Source: Candidatus Eiseniibacteriota bacterium
Lineage (GTDB): Bacteria > Eisenbacteria > RBG-16-71-46
Assembly (NCBI GenBank): GCA_963707915.1
Contig: OY970178.1
Span: 672,001-736,000, forward strand
Length of the DNA stretch: 64,000 nucleotides
Direction: 5' to 3'
Positions 1-10,339 of the stretch are shown in pieces (the first letter of the stretch is position 1; every line of letters begins with the position of its first letter). Below the pieces are notes generated by a model, which saw nothing but the letters and a program-made list of their open reading frames with translations, did not search any database and was not told the origin of the DNA. A program made the position numbers and the translations under genes.

Positions 1-2
1 TC

Positions 3-389
3 GAGGGCCGCGACTTCCAGGCGGCCGGCACGCGGTCCACGTGGATCTACGACGAGGTGTACTCCTCGATGAGCAGCGCGATGTTCGCCCTGCTCGCCTT
101 CTTCATCGCCTCGGCGGCGTTCCGCGCGTTCCGCATCCGGACCGTCGAGGCCGCGCTGCTGGCCGTGGCCGCCCTGATCGTGATGATGGGACGGGTGCCG
201 CTCGGAGGCGTGCTGACCGCCGGCCTCCCGCCCGGGTGGCGTGTCGAGACCCTCGCGCAGTGGATCCTGGACGTCCCGCAGAATGCCGCGAACCGCGCCA
301 TCCTGATCGGGGCGGCGCTGGGCGTGATGGCCACCGGCCTGCGCGTGATCCTGGGGATCGAGCGCAGCTACCTCGGCGGGGAGGACTGA
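3..389 (+). CDS. Conserved hypothetical integral membrane protein (5'-truncated by window edge)
   Basis: Frame open from position 3 (EGRDFQAAGTRSTWIYDEVYSSMSSAMFALLAFFIASAAFRAFR...); several hydrophobic helices; TGA at 387-389; next gene starts 3 nt later. Confidence 0.8.
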   Translation, partial: EGRDFQAAGTRSTWIYDEVYSSMSSAMFALLAFFIASAAFRAFRIRTVEAALLAVAALIVMMGRVPLGGVLTAGLPPGWRVETLAQWILDVPQNAANRAILIGAALGVMATGLRVILGIERSYLGGED

Positions 390-392
390 GCC

Positions 393-1220
393 GTGAGCCT
401 CGCCGACTCCTTCGCGCGGCTGGACCGACGCTGGATCTACGTCATCATGGCGGTGCTGGTGCTGCTGCCGCTGCTCTGGCCGTTGAACCTCCCGCTGGAG
501 CCCTCGCCGCCGGTGCGGGCCTACCACGACACGATCGCCGCGCTGCCGCCGGGGAGCACGGTGCTGGTGTCGTGCGATTTCGACCCGGCGTCCGGCCCCG
601 AGCTCGAGCCCATGACCCGCACGACCTTGCGGCAGCTCTTCGGCCGGCACTGCAAGGTCGTGGTGGTCGCGCTCTACCCGGGCGGCGCCCGCATGGTCGA
701 CGGGATCGTCCAGGACGTGGCGCGGGACTGCCGGCAGGTCGACGGGGTCGACTACGTCAACCTCGGCTACAAGGCGGGCAACGAGGCGGTCATGGTGCTC
801 ATGGGCCAGAGCATCGCGGAGGTCTTCCCCCGCGACCACCGCGGCCGTGACGTGGCCAGCCTCCCGATCATGCTCTCCGCGCGCAACTACGCGAGCTGCG
901 CGCTGCTGGTCAGCCTCTCGGTGGGCTACCCGGGCACCAAGGAGTACGTGCAGCAGGTGCAGGGCAGGTTTCACATCCCCATCATCGCCGGGGTGACGGC
1001 GGTGTCCGCGCCCACCCTCTACCCGTACCTGCAGACCCGGCAGCTCTGGGGGCTGCTGGGCGGCATGGCCGGGGCCGCGGAGTACGAGGACCTCCGCCTC
1101 GAGCGCGGCATGGCGTCGCGGGGCATGGACGCGCAGTCGCTCGCGCATCTCTTCATCGTGGTCTGCATCGTGCTCGGCAACCTGGCGCAATGGGAGCGCA
1201 AGCGGAAGGAGGGCGCATGA
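393..1220 (+). CDS. Conserved hypothetical membrane-anchored protein with extracytoplasmic domain
   Basis: N-terminal TM helix, soluble domain (GVDYVNLGY, GLLGGMAGAAEYE), C-terminal TM (MDAQSLAHLFIVVCIVLGN); GC3-rich codon usage. Confidence 0.85.
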   Translation: MSLADSFARLDRRWIYVIMAVLVLLPLLWPLNLPLEPSPPVRAYHDTIAALPPGSTVLVSCDFDPASGPELEPMTRTTLRQLFGRHCKVVVVALYPGGARMVDGIVQDVARDCRQVDGVDYVNLGYKAGNEAVMVLMGQSIAEVFPRDHRGRDVASLPIMLSARNYASCALLVSLSVGYPGTKEYVQQVQGRFHIPIIAGVTAVSAPTLYPYLQTRQLWGLLGGMAGAAEYEDLRLERGMASRGMDAQSLAHLFIVVCIVLGNLAQWERKRKEGA

Positions 1221-1891
1221 GCCCGCACCCGAGCCCGGACCCGGGAGTGTGGGTGGCCGCCGCGCTCACGCTGTGCATCTTCAGCTTCCTCTACAAGGAG
1301 AACCCGTTCTACCGGTTCGCCGAGCACCTGTTCGTGGGCGTCTCGGCCGGGTACTACATCGTGCTGAACTTCTGGACCGTGCTGGTGGCGAACCTGTGGG
1401 ACCCGCTGCTGGCCACCTTCACCGGCCGACAGGGCTCGCCGCTGGCCGCCCACCTGGGCGACTACCGCGCGCTGCTGCTGCTCCCCGCGCTGCTCGGCCT
1501 GCTGCTGTTCTCGCGCTTCGTGCCCCGGTACGCCTGGGCTGCGCGCTGGTCGCTGGCGTTGATCATCGGGGTCTACGCGGGACTCAAGACCACCGGCTTC
1601 GCCCAGAGCGACTTCGTCGCCCAGCTGCAGGGCAGCATCCAGCCGCTCTGGACCGGTCACTGGGGCTCGAGCTTGAGCGCGTGGGTCTTCACGATCGGGC
1701 TCGGCACGTCGCTGCTGTTCTTCTTCTTCAGCCGGGAGCACAAGGGCGCGCTGGGCTCGGCGTCCCGCGTCGGGGTCTTCTTCCTGATGGTGTCCTTCGG
1801 CGCCGGTTACGGCTACACGGTGATGTCCCGCATCTCGCTCCTCATCGGGCGCTTCCAGTTCCTGCTGTTCGACTGGCTGGGGCTGCGCTGA
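1217..1891 (+). CDS. Conserved hypothetical polytopic membrane protein
   Basis: ATGA overlap with upstream stop; about 6 hydrophobic segments; motifs SFLYKENPFYRFAEHLFVGVSAGY and FLMVSFGAGYGYTVMSRISLLIGRFQFL. Confidence 0.85.
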   Translation: MSPHPSPDPGVWVAAALTLCIFSFLYKENPFYRFAEHLFVGVSAGYYIVLNFWTVLVANLWDPLLATFTGRQGSPLAAHLGDYRALLLLPALLGLLLFSRFVPRYAWAARWSLALIIGVYAGLKTTGFAQSDFVAQLQGSIQPLWTGHWGSSLSAWVFTIGLGTSLLFFFFSREHKGALGSASRVGVFFLMVSFGAGYGYTVMSRISLLIGRFQFLLFDWLGLR

Positions 1892-1904
1892 CCGCCACGC
1901 CGCG

Positions 1905-2673
1905 ATGATCCTCTGGTGCGACGGGGGCCACGGTCCCGCCGAGAACATGCGGCGCGACGCCGCGCTCCTGGACGCGGCGGCCGCCGGGGCCGGGCCCGTC
2001 CTGCGGCTCTTCACCTTCGTTCCGGCGGGGATCACCCTGGGCCGCGCCCAGGACCCGGCCCGGGAGCTCGACCTCGCAAGATGCGCCGCCGCGGGGGTCC
2101 CGTGGGCGGTGCGCCCCACCGGCGGGCGCGCCGTCTACCACGACGAGGAGTGGACCTACTCGATCGCCGCCGGCCTGGCAGACCCGTCGTGGGGAGGCGG
2201 GCTGGAGGTGGCGTACGGGCACGTCTCGCGATTGATCGTGGCGTCGCTGGCGCGGCTGGGGGTGCCTGCCATGCTCTCGCCCGGGGCGGCGCGCGGGGAC
2301 CTCGCACCGCGCTCCGCGACGGGTGCCGCGGCGCCGTGCTTCGCCTCGACGGCCCGCCACGAGATCGTGCTCGAGGGCCGCAAGCTGGTGGGCAGCGCGC
2401 AACGGCGGACGGCACGGGCGCTGCTGCAGCAGGGGAGCCTCCTGACTCGGTCCGGCGCACCTGCGGCTCGCGGACTTCCTGGCCATCCCGGACCCGGCGC
2501 GGGAACGGGTGCGCGCGGGTCTCGAGCAGGCCGCGGCGCACGCCGGCCGCTGGCTCGGTTCCCGGCCGCCGCTCGCGCGCTGGGCCGACGCCCTGCAGGC
2601 GGAGTTGCCCCCGGACACGCGGCGGCTCGAGGGTGACGCGGGCCTCGAGGCGATCGGGGCGAGCGTCGCGTGA
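1905..2673 (+). CDS. Lipoate-protein ligase A / octanoyltransferase (BPL_LplA_LipB family), one apparent +1 frameshift near 2445
   Basis: Motifs ENMRRDAALL, LRLFTF, RPTGGRAVYHD, GRKLVGSAQRR, LLQQGSLL. Removing the A at 2445 gives a plausible continuation (LGPAHLRLADFLAI...) to TGA 2671-2673. Confidence 0.8.
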
Positions 2674-2687
2674 GCCGGCACGACGGG

Positions 2688-2716
2688 TTGACCCCCGCCC
2701 GGGGCAGCCGGATACT
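2688..2716 (+). promoter_or_regulatory. Putative sigma70 promoter of the ABC operon
   Basis: TTGACC-N17-GATACT, about 45 nt upstream of ATG 2760. Confidence 0.5.
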
Positions 2717-2759
2717 TCCCGTCCGACACGCTGTCCCGCACCTCCCGGAGGGCACGCCG

Positions 2760-4531
2760 ATGGGCCGCCGCGCCACGATCCCGATCGTCTTGGCCATCGC
2801 GCTCTTCGGCGGCGGGCTGCCCGGGGCCGCCGGTGCGCAGCCCATGCGGGCATCGATGCGCGAGCCCGGGGTGCCCGGCGGTCGATTCGTCATCGGCGTG
2901 ACCAACGACGCCCGGACCCTCAACCCGATCATGTCGAACGAGACCAGCTCGAGCGAAGTCAGCGACCTGCTCTTCACCGCGCTGACGGAGTTCGACAACG
3001 TCACCCAGACGCCGTACCCGGTGCTCGCGCGGAGCTGGAAGGTGAGCCCCGACGGGCTCACCTGGACCTGGCACCTGCGGCGCGGTGCGCGCTTCTCGGA
3101 CGGCCATCCGATCACCGCCGCGGACGTCCTGTTCAGCTTCGCGGTCGCCTACGATTCCACCCTGCACCAGTCCATCTACGACCTCCTCACGCCGCACGGG
3201 CGCAAGATGCAGGTCTCGGCCCCCGACTCCTACACGGTCGTGACCCGCATCGCCCGGCCACACGCGCTCATGGTGGAGGCGGTCGGGGCCCTGCGCATCC
3301 TCCCGCGGCACGTGCTCGAACCGGCCTGGCGCGCGGGCCGCTTCGCCTCGTCCTACGGCGTGGGCACGCCGCCCGAGAGCCTGGTGACCAGCGGGCCCTG
3401 GATGCTCAGGCAGTTCGTCGCGCGCGAGAAGACCGTGCTCACCGGCAATCCGTACTGGTTCGGGGTGGACGCCCGCGGCCGGCGGCTGCCGTACCTCGAC
3501 GAGCTCGTGTTCCTCGTCGTCCCGGACCTGAACACCGCGACCCTGAAGTTCCAGGCCGGCGAGCTGGACGGCATCGACGACGTGAAGGCCGAGGACTACG
3601 CGACCTTCGCCCGGAACCAGGCGAGCGGCGGGTACACGCTCCACGACCTGGGCGCGGCGCTGACCAGCAACTTCTTCTGGTTCAACCTCAACACGGTGAA
3701 GACGCCCGGGGGCAGGAGGCCGCCGGGCGCGCCGCTCGCGGACCCGGTCCAGTACGCGTGGTTCGCGGACCCGGGACTTCCGCCGCGCGGTGTCGATGGC
3801 GATCGATCGCGACGCCATCATCCGCAGCGTGTTCTTCGGCGAGGGCGTGCGGAACTGGTCGCTCATGACGCCCGGGCTACCGCGGCTTCTTCTCCCCGCG
3901 CACGACCGCCCCGGACTACGACCCGGTCGCGGCGCGGCGGCTGCTCGCGCGCAGCGGGTTCCGGGACCGCGACGGCGACGGCTGCTCGAGGACGCGAAGG
4001 GCAACCCCGTGCGCTTCACGCTCAAGACCAACGCCGGCGGCATCCGCGTCCAGATGGCCAACTTCGTGCGGGATGACCTGGCCCGGGTCGGCATCCAGTG
4101 CACGGTGGCCGCGGTCGACTTCAACACCCTGCTCCGGAACATGCGCGAGGACTTCGACTACGACGCGCGTCCTGGCGGGCCTCGGCGCCGCGGTACCGCC
4201 CGACCCGGGGATGTGCGGGAACTTCTACCGCTCGAGCGGACTCTCGCATTTCTGGAACACCCGGCAGGCCCGGCCCGAGAGCCGGCAGGAGGCCCGGCTC
4301 GACAGCCTCTTCGGCGAGCTGCTGCGTCCCGCCCCGCTCGCTGCCCGCCGCCGGCTGAGCGCGCGGCTGGACGAGATCGTCAACGACCAGTGCTGGGTGA
4401 TCTGGCTGCCGACGATGCGGATCAAGCTGCCGGTCCGGGACCGCTTCGGCAACGTGCACCCGACCATCCTGCCGCAGCGACTGCTCTGGAACATCCAGAC
4501 CGTGTTCGTGAAACCGCAGGGCCGGAGGTAG
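2760..4531 (+). CDS. ABC transporter substrate-binding protein, family 5 (OppA/DppA-like), several frameshifts (~3775, ~3876, ~3982, ~4170)
   Basis: Signal peptide; motifs RTLNP, LARSWKVSPDGLTWTWHLRRGARFSDGHPITAADVLFSF, TSGPW, LPYLDEL, FRRAVSMAIDRDAI; homology continues across ORFs 2670-4076, 3790- and 4073-4531 in different frames. Confidence 0.85.
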
Positions 4532-4569
4532 GGCCCGGGGCCTGCCGGACCCCGCGCACCCGCCGGAGC

Positions 4570-5538
4570 ATGCGAAGCTACGTCCTGCGCAGGCTGCTGC
4601 AGCTGGTCCCGCTCCTGCTCGCCGTCTGCGTGCTCACCTTCGTGCTGCTCAAGCTCGCCCCGGGCGACTACCTCACGACCCTCTCCGACAATCCCCAGGT
4701 CTCGGCCGCCACGATCGACGCCATGCGGCACCGCTTCGGGCTCGATCGGCCCTGGACCGTGCAGCTCGTCCTCTACCTGAAGAACGTCCTGCTGCACCTC
4801 GACTTCGGCGAGTCGTTCTCGCGCCACCAGCCGGTCTTCGCGGTGCTGCGCGAGGGGTTGCTCAACACCCTGTTGCTGGCGCTGGCCGGGGCGCTGGTGA
4901 CCTGGGGGCTGGCGATCCCGCTCGGGGCGTGGGCGGCCGCCCGGCAGGGCACCGCGGTGGACCGCACGCTCTCGCTGGTGGCGTTCGTCGGCCTCTCGGT
5001 GCCGGAGGTGCTCTCGGGGCTGCTGCTCCTGATGCTGGCCGCCAACACCGGGTGGTTCCCGGTGGGCGGGATGCGCTCGCTCGACTGGGAATCGCTGCCG
5101 CCCGCGGGGCAGGCCGTCGACCTCCTGCGACACCTCGCGCTGCCGGCGCTGGTCGTGGGGCTGGTGCCGCTGGCCGGCCGCATGCGCCAGATGCGTGCCA
5201 ACCTCCTCGACGTGCTGCGCCTCGACTACGTCACGACCGCGCGGGCGAAGGGCCTGGACGAGCGCGCCGTGGTGATGAAGCACGCGCTGCGGAACGCCCT
5301 CAACCCGCTCATCACGCTGTTCGGGTACACGCTGGGGTCGCTGCTCTCCGGCTCGCTGGTCGCCGAGATCATCTTCTCGTGGCCCGGGCTGGGGCGGGTC
5401 ACCTACGAGGCGATCCTGGCGCGCGACCAGTACCTCGTCGTGGGCTCGGTCCTGATGGCCGCGGCGGTGCTGGTGCTCGGCAACCTGGTCGCCGACCTGC
5501 TGCTCGCCGCCGCCGACCCGCGGATCCGCCATGAGTGA
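4570..5538 (+). CDS. ABC transporter permease (OppB/DppB-like)
   Basis: [11 protein letters not shown] start, APGD, FGLDRP, EAA-loop region [32 protein letters not shown] end. Confidence 0.92.
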   Translation: MRSYVLRRLLQLVPLLLAVCVLTFVLLKLAPGDYLTTLSDNPQVSAATIDAMRHRFGLDRPWTVQLVLYLKNVLLHLDFGESFSRHQPVFAVLREGLLNTLLLALAGALVTWGLAIPLGAWAAARQGTAVDRTLSLVAFVGLSVPEVLSGLLLLMLAANTGWFPVGGMRSLDWESLPPAGQAVDLLRHLALPALVVGLVPLAGRMRQMRANLLDVLRLDYVTTARAKGLDERAVVMKHALRNALNPLITLFGYTLGSLLSGSLVAEIIFSWPGLGRVTYEAILARDQYLVVGSVLMAAAVLVLGNLVADLLLAAADPRIRHE

Positions 5539-6638
5539 GGCGCGCCGCGCGGGCCCGGCGGAGTCGCCGGGACGGTTGTTCCTGCGCCGGTTCCGGCGCA
5601 ATCCGCTGGCGCTCGCCGGCGCCACGCTGCTCGGCGTGCTTCTACGGGCTGGCGCTGCTGGCGCCGTTCGTCGCTCCGTATCGCGAGGACGAGCTGGACC
5701 GCTCGCGCTTCTACCACCCGCCCGCAGGCGCTCCACTGGCGGGACGCGGGCGGCCGCCTGCACCTGCGTCCCTTCGTGCATCCGACCGTGCAGGGCCCGG
5801 GCATCTTCGAGTACCGGGAGGACCGCTCGCGCGAGGTGCCGCTGCGGTTCTTCGTCCGCGGCTCCCGCTACCGCCTGTCCGGCCTCGTGCCGGCCGAGCG
5901 GCACCTCTTCGGCGTGGACCCGCCCGGACGGGTGAACCTGCTCGGGACCGACCCCGCGGGGCGCGACGTGCTGTCGCGACTGCTCTTCGGAGCGCAGGTG
6001 TCGCTCACCGTGGGGCTCGTGGGCATCCTGATCTCCTTCAGCCTCGGGCTGCTGCTGGGTGGCGTCTCGGGCTACCTCGGGGGCTGGGCGGACGGGCTCA
6101 TCATGCGCTCGAGCGAGGTCCTGCTCAGCATCCCGGGGCTCTACCTGATCATCGCGCTGCGCTCCGCGTTCCCGGCGAGCCTGCCCAGCTGGAAGGTCTA
6201 CGTCGCCATCGTGGCCATCCTCGCGCTCATCGGCTGGGCCGGACTGGCCCGCGTCATCCGCGGGATGGTGCTCTCCATCCGGCGCTCCGACTACGTCGCC
6301 GCCGCGGAGGCGCTGGGCATGAGCCGGACCCGCATCATCGTGCGCCACGTGCTGCCCAACACCCTGTCGTTCGTGATCGTGGCGGCGACCGTCGCCGTGC
6401 CGGGCTACATCCTGGGCGAGGTCTTCCTGTCCTTCCTCGGGGTCGGCGTGCAGGAACCCAGCGCCTCGTGGGGGAACATGCTGCAACAGGCGCGCAGCGT
6501 CACGGTCCTCACGGACTTCCCGTGGCTGCTGTACGCTCCGGGGGTGGCGATCTTCCTGACGGTGATGGCCTTCAACTTCCTCGGCGACGGATTGCGCGAC
6601 GCGCTCGACCCGCGCCGGCCGGGCACGGGCAGGGCCCA

Positions 6639-6642
<4 letters not shown>
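5531..6642 (+). CDS. ABC transporter permease (OppC/DppC-like), frameshifts near 5640 and 5725
   Basis: [68 protein letters not shown]. Confidence 0.88.
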
Positions 6643-7655
<1,013 letters not shown>

Positions 7656-7663
<8 letters not shown>

Positions 7664-8667
7664 GCCGCTGCTCGAGGTCCGCGACCTGGTCAAGCACTTT
7701 CCCATCCGCCGCGGGATCTTCGGCCGGGCGGCCGGGCAGGTGCGCGCGGTGGACGGCGTCTCCTTCGACGTCCGCGCGGGCGAGGTGCTCGGCCTGGTGG
7801 GGGAGAGCGGCTGCGGCAAGACCACGACCGGGCGCTGCGTCCTCCGGCTGATCGAGCCGACCTCCGGCACGGTCCGATTCGACGGGCGGGACATCACGCG
7901 GCTCTCGCGCCGCGAGCTGCGCCCGCTGCGCCGGCGGATGCAGGTCGTCTTCCAGGACCCGTACTCGAGCCTCAACCCGCGCCTGACCGTCGGCAGCATG
8001 CTGGGCGAGGCCCTGACGATCCACGGCCTGGCTCGCGGGGCGGAGGTCCGGACCCGGGTCGGCGAGCTGCTCGAGCTGGTGGGGCTCTCGCCGGACCACG
8101 CCCGACGGTATCCGCACGAGTTCTCGGGTGGTCAGCGCCAGCGCATCGGGATCGCGCGCGCGCTCGCGGTCGAGCCGCAGCTCATCGTCGCCGACGAGCC
8201 GGTCTCGGCCCTGGACGTCTCGATCCAGGCGCAGATCGTGAATCTGCTGCAGGAGCTCCAGCGCAGCATGGGGCTCACCTATCCTGTTCGTGGCGCACGA
8301 CCTCTCGGTGGTCGAGCACATCAGCGACCGGGTCGCGGTCATGGTCCTGGGCCGCATCGTCGAGCTGGCCGACGCCGACGCGCTGTACCGCGCCCCGCGG
8401 CACCCGTACACGTCGTCCCTGCTGTCGGCCATCCCGGCGCCCGATCCCGGACGCCGGCGCCGCATCGTCCTCCAGGGCGACGTCCCCAGCTCCTCGAGCC
8501 CGCCCGCGGGGTGCGGATTCCACCCGCGCTGTCCCATGGCGCGTGAACGCTGCGCCCGGGAAGCGCCGGCGTTGCGCGAGGTCGCCCCGGGGCACGCTTC
8601 CGCCTGCCACTTCGCCGAGGAGTTGGGCGTGCCCCTCGTACCGGGCCACGCCCCGCCGGCCCGATAG
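7656..8667 (+). CDS. ABC transporter ATP-binding protein (OppF/DppF-like), frameshift near 8283
   Basis: [26 protein letters not shown]; continues in ORF 8290-8667 ([19 protein letters not shown]). Confidence 0.9.
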
Positions 8668-8898
8668 GGCCCGGCGGGACCTGCCGGGGCCCGAAACCAC
8701 CCCTCGCCGGCCGCGCCTGCGGGACCTGCCCCAATCGGGGCCGCCGGGCGGGGTGGAAACCCCCGCGGCGTCGGGGCGGTCGAATCCCGGCGCCCGGTCC
8801 GCGCGGCTCCCGCGCTCCATCCCTCACCGGGCGCAACGGTCTGCAGCGGAACGGCATCGCGCGGACGCGGCCGGGTCGGCGAAGCGCGCCGCCCGGGA

Positions 8899-8913
8899 CG
8901 GCACCACCCTTGC
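8899..8913 (+). promoter_or_regulatory. Putative sigma54 (RpoN) -24/-12 promoter
   Basis: CGGCAC-CACCC-TTGC matches TGGCAC-N5-TTGC with exact GG-N10-GC spacing, in a long intergenic region. Confidence 0.6.
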
Positions 8914-8924
8914 GGTACCACTTC

Positions 8925-9153
8925 GTCGAGGTCGCCGATCCGGCGGACGAGACCAGCGCCAGGGGGCGCGGCAACCGGCGGAGCGGAAGCCGACAACCGA
9001 ATACGATGTGTTCCCTGTGCGACTCGTGCTTCGCTGCCTTCAAGGCTGATCCCCCTATCGCGAGCGAAGGAGTCTTGAGGAACGGCACACGGTCGAAACG
9101 GGGAACCTATCTGAAGGGCCCTGGCCGCAACGACCAGGGCCCTTGACGTCGTG
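8925..9153 (+). ncRNA. Candidate structured non-coding RNA (family not recognised)
   Basis: Downstream of the sigma54 motif. Long imperfect hairpin 9010-9106, perfect 11-bp inverted repeat 9114-9144, closing helix 9002-9009/9146-9153; locally less GC-rich; no convincing ORF. Confidence 0.5.
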
Positions 9154-9296
9154 CCTCTCCCGAGCGGAAGGCGTGCCCCATCCCCGAACGCTCACGCCCT
9201 CCGCAGGCTTCCGCCGCCGCCTCCCGGGGAGGCCCCCGCGCGGCCGTTCGGCACCGTCATTCCCGCACGGCACCGGCACTTGCGGCCCTGCACTCG

Positions 9297-9325
9297 TTGA
9301 CCGGCTCCGCCATCCCTGATAGCGT
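9297..9325 (+). promoter_or_regulatory. Putative sigma70 promoter of the BMC operon
   Basis: TTGACC-N17-TAGCGT, followed by SD GGAGGAG (~9379-9385) before GTG 9397. Confidence 0.55.
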
Positions 9326-9396
9326 CCCGCCCCGGAGCGAGCAGGAGCCGCGCTCGGGTCGTCATCGTAACCCGCCAGGGAGGAGTCTCGGAGCCC

Positions 9397-9711
9397 GTGC
9401 CACGAGAAGCGTTGGGGCTGGTCGAGACGCGCGGGATGGTCGCTGCCGTGGAGGCCGCCGACGCCATGTGCAAGACGGCCCGGGTCCGCCTGGCGCGTTT
9501 CGAGGTCACGCGTGACGCCCTGGTCACGGTGACGGTCCGGGGCGCGCTCGCGGAGGTCGAAGCCGCGGTGGCCGCCGGAGCCACGGCTGCGGCGTACAAG
9601 GGCGAAGTGGTCGCGCGCCACGTGATCCCGTCGCCCGATGGGCAGCTCGAGGAACCGATCGCGGGACCTTCGCCGGGTGCGGCGGCCCGTGGGAACGACA
9701 CCACCCCCTAA
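9397..9711 (+). CDS. BMC shell hexamer (BMC-H) with atypical pore loop
   Basis: [10 protein letters not shown]...[11 protein letters not shown]...VTVRG...HVIP, the Pfam00936 pattern. Confidence 0.92.
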   Translation: MPREALGLVETRGMVAAVEAADAMCKTARVRLARFEVTRDALVTVTVRGALAEVEAAVAAGATAAAYKGEVVARHVIPSPDGQLEEPIAGPSPGAAARGNDTTP

Positions 9712-9721
9712 GGAGAGTCCC

Positions 9722-10021
9722 ATGCAGGAAGAGGCTCTGGGCCTGATCGAGACACGCGGCTTCGTCGCGATGGTCGAAGCTTCCGACGCGATGGTGAAGG
9801 CCGCGCGGGTCGAACTGGTGCACTACGAGAAGATCGGCGGCGGCTACGTCACGACGATCGTCCGCGGCGACGTGGCCGCGGTCCGCGCCGCCACCGAGGC
9901 GGGCTCGCTGGCTGCGGCGAAGGTGGGCGAGGTGGTCTCCGTCCATGTCATCGCGCGGCCGCACGCCATGCTCGAGGACGTGCTGCCCATCCGGCGGCCC
10001 GAGAGCAGCGGCAAGAAGTAG
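9722..10021 (+). CDS. BMC shell hexamer (BMC-H, EutM/PduA-like)
   Basis: [52 protein letters not shown]. Confidence 0.95.
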   Translation: MQEEALGLIETRGFVAMVEASDAMVKAARVELVHYEKIGGGYVTTIVRGDVAAVRAATEAGSLAAAKVGEVVSVHVIARPHAMLEDVLPIRRPESSGKK

Positions 10022-10023
10022 CG

Positions 10024-10329
10024 ATGATCCTCGCACGCGTGCAGGGCACCGTGGTCTCGACCCGCAAGGACCACGGCCTGACGGGCCTCAAGCTGCTCCT
10101 GGTCCGCGAGGTCGACGCGCAGTTCAAGCCGGCCGGCAGCCACGTCGTGGCCGTCGACGCGGTGGGCGCGGGCGACGGCGAGATCGTGATGGTGGCCGCG
10201 GGCTCCTCGGCGCGCCTGACGGAGGTCTCCCGCGACCGGCCGGTGGATGCGGTCGTCGTCGGGATCGTGGATGCGGTCGAGGTGGCGGGGAAGGACGTCT
10301 ACCTCAAGAGCTCCGGCGTGACGGGCTGA
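10024..10329 (+). CDS. BMC vertex pentamer (BMC-P, EutN/CcmL family)
   Basis: MILARVQGTVVSTRK...VAVDAVGAGDGE...GSSAR...PVDAVVVGIVD. Confidence 0.95.
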   Translation: MILARVQGTVVSTRKDHGLTGLKLLLVREVDAQFKPAGSHVVAVDAVGAGDGEIVMVAAGSSARLTEVSRDRPVDAVVVGIVDAVEVAGKDVYLKSSGVTG

Positions 10330-10339
10330 GCCGGCACCC

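Noticed and set aside
9006..9146. 46-aa ORF MCSLCDSCFAAF... with a CxxCxxC pattern
   Set aside because: No clear SD, codon usage unlike the genome's genes, and it coincides with extensive base-paired structure; ncRNA preferred, though the ORF is not fully excluded.
9002..9204. Cobalamin riboswitch, 6S, SRP or tmRNA identity for the structured region
   Set aside because: No B12-box/GCCACTG, no SRP GGAA-loop/AGCAG motif, no tRNA-like ends or tag frame, and no clear 6S central bubble on either strand.
9268..9283. Second sigma54-like motif CGGCACCGGCACTTGC
   Set aside because: Spacing is GG-N11-GC, one base too long for RpoN (unless an indel error).
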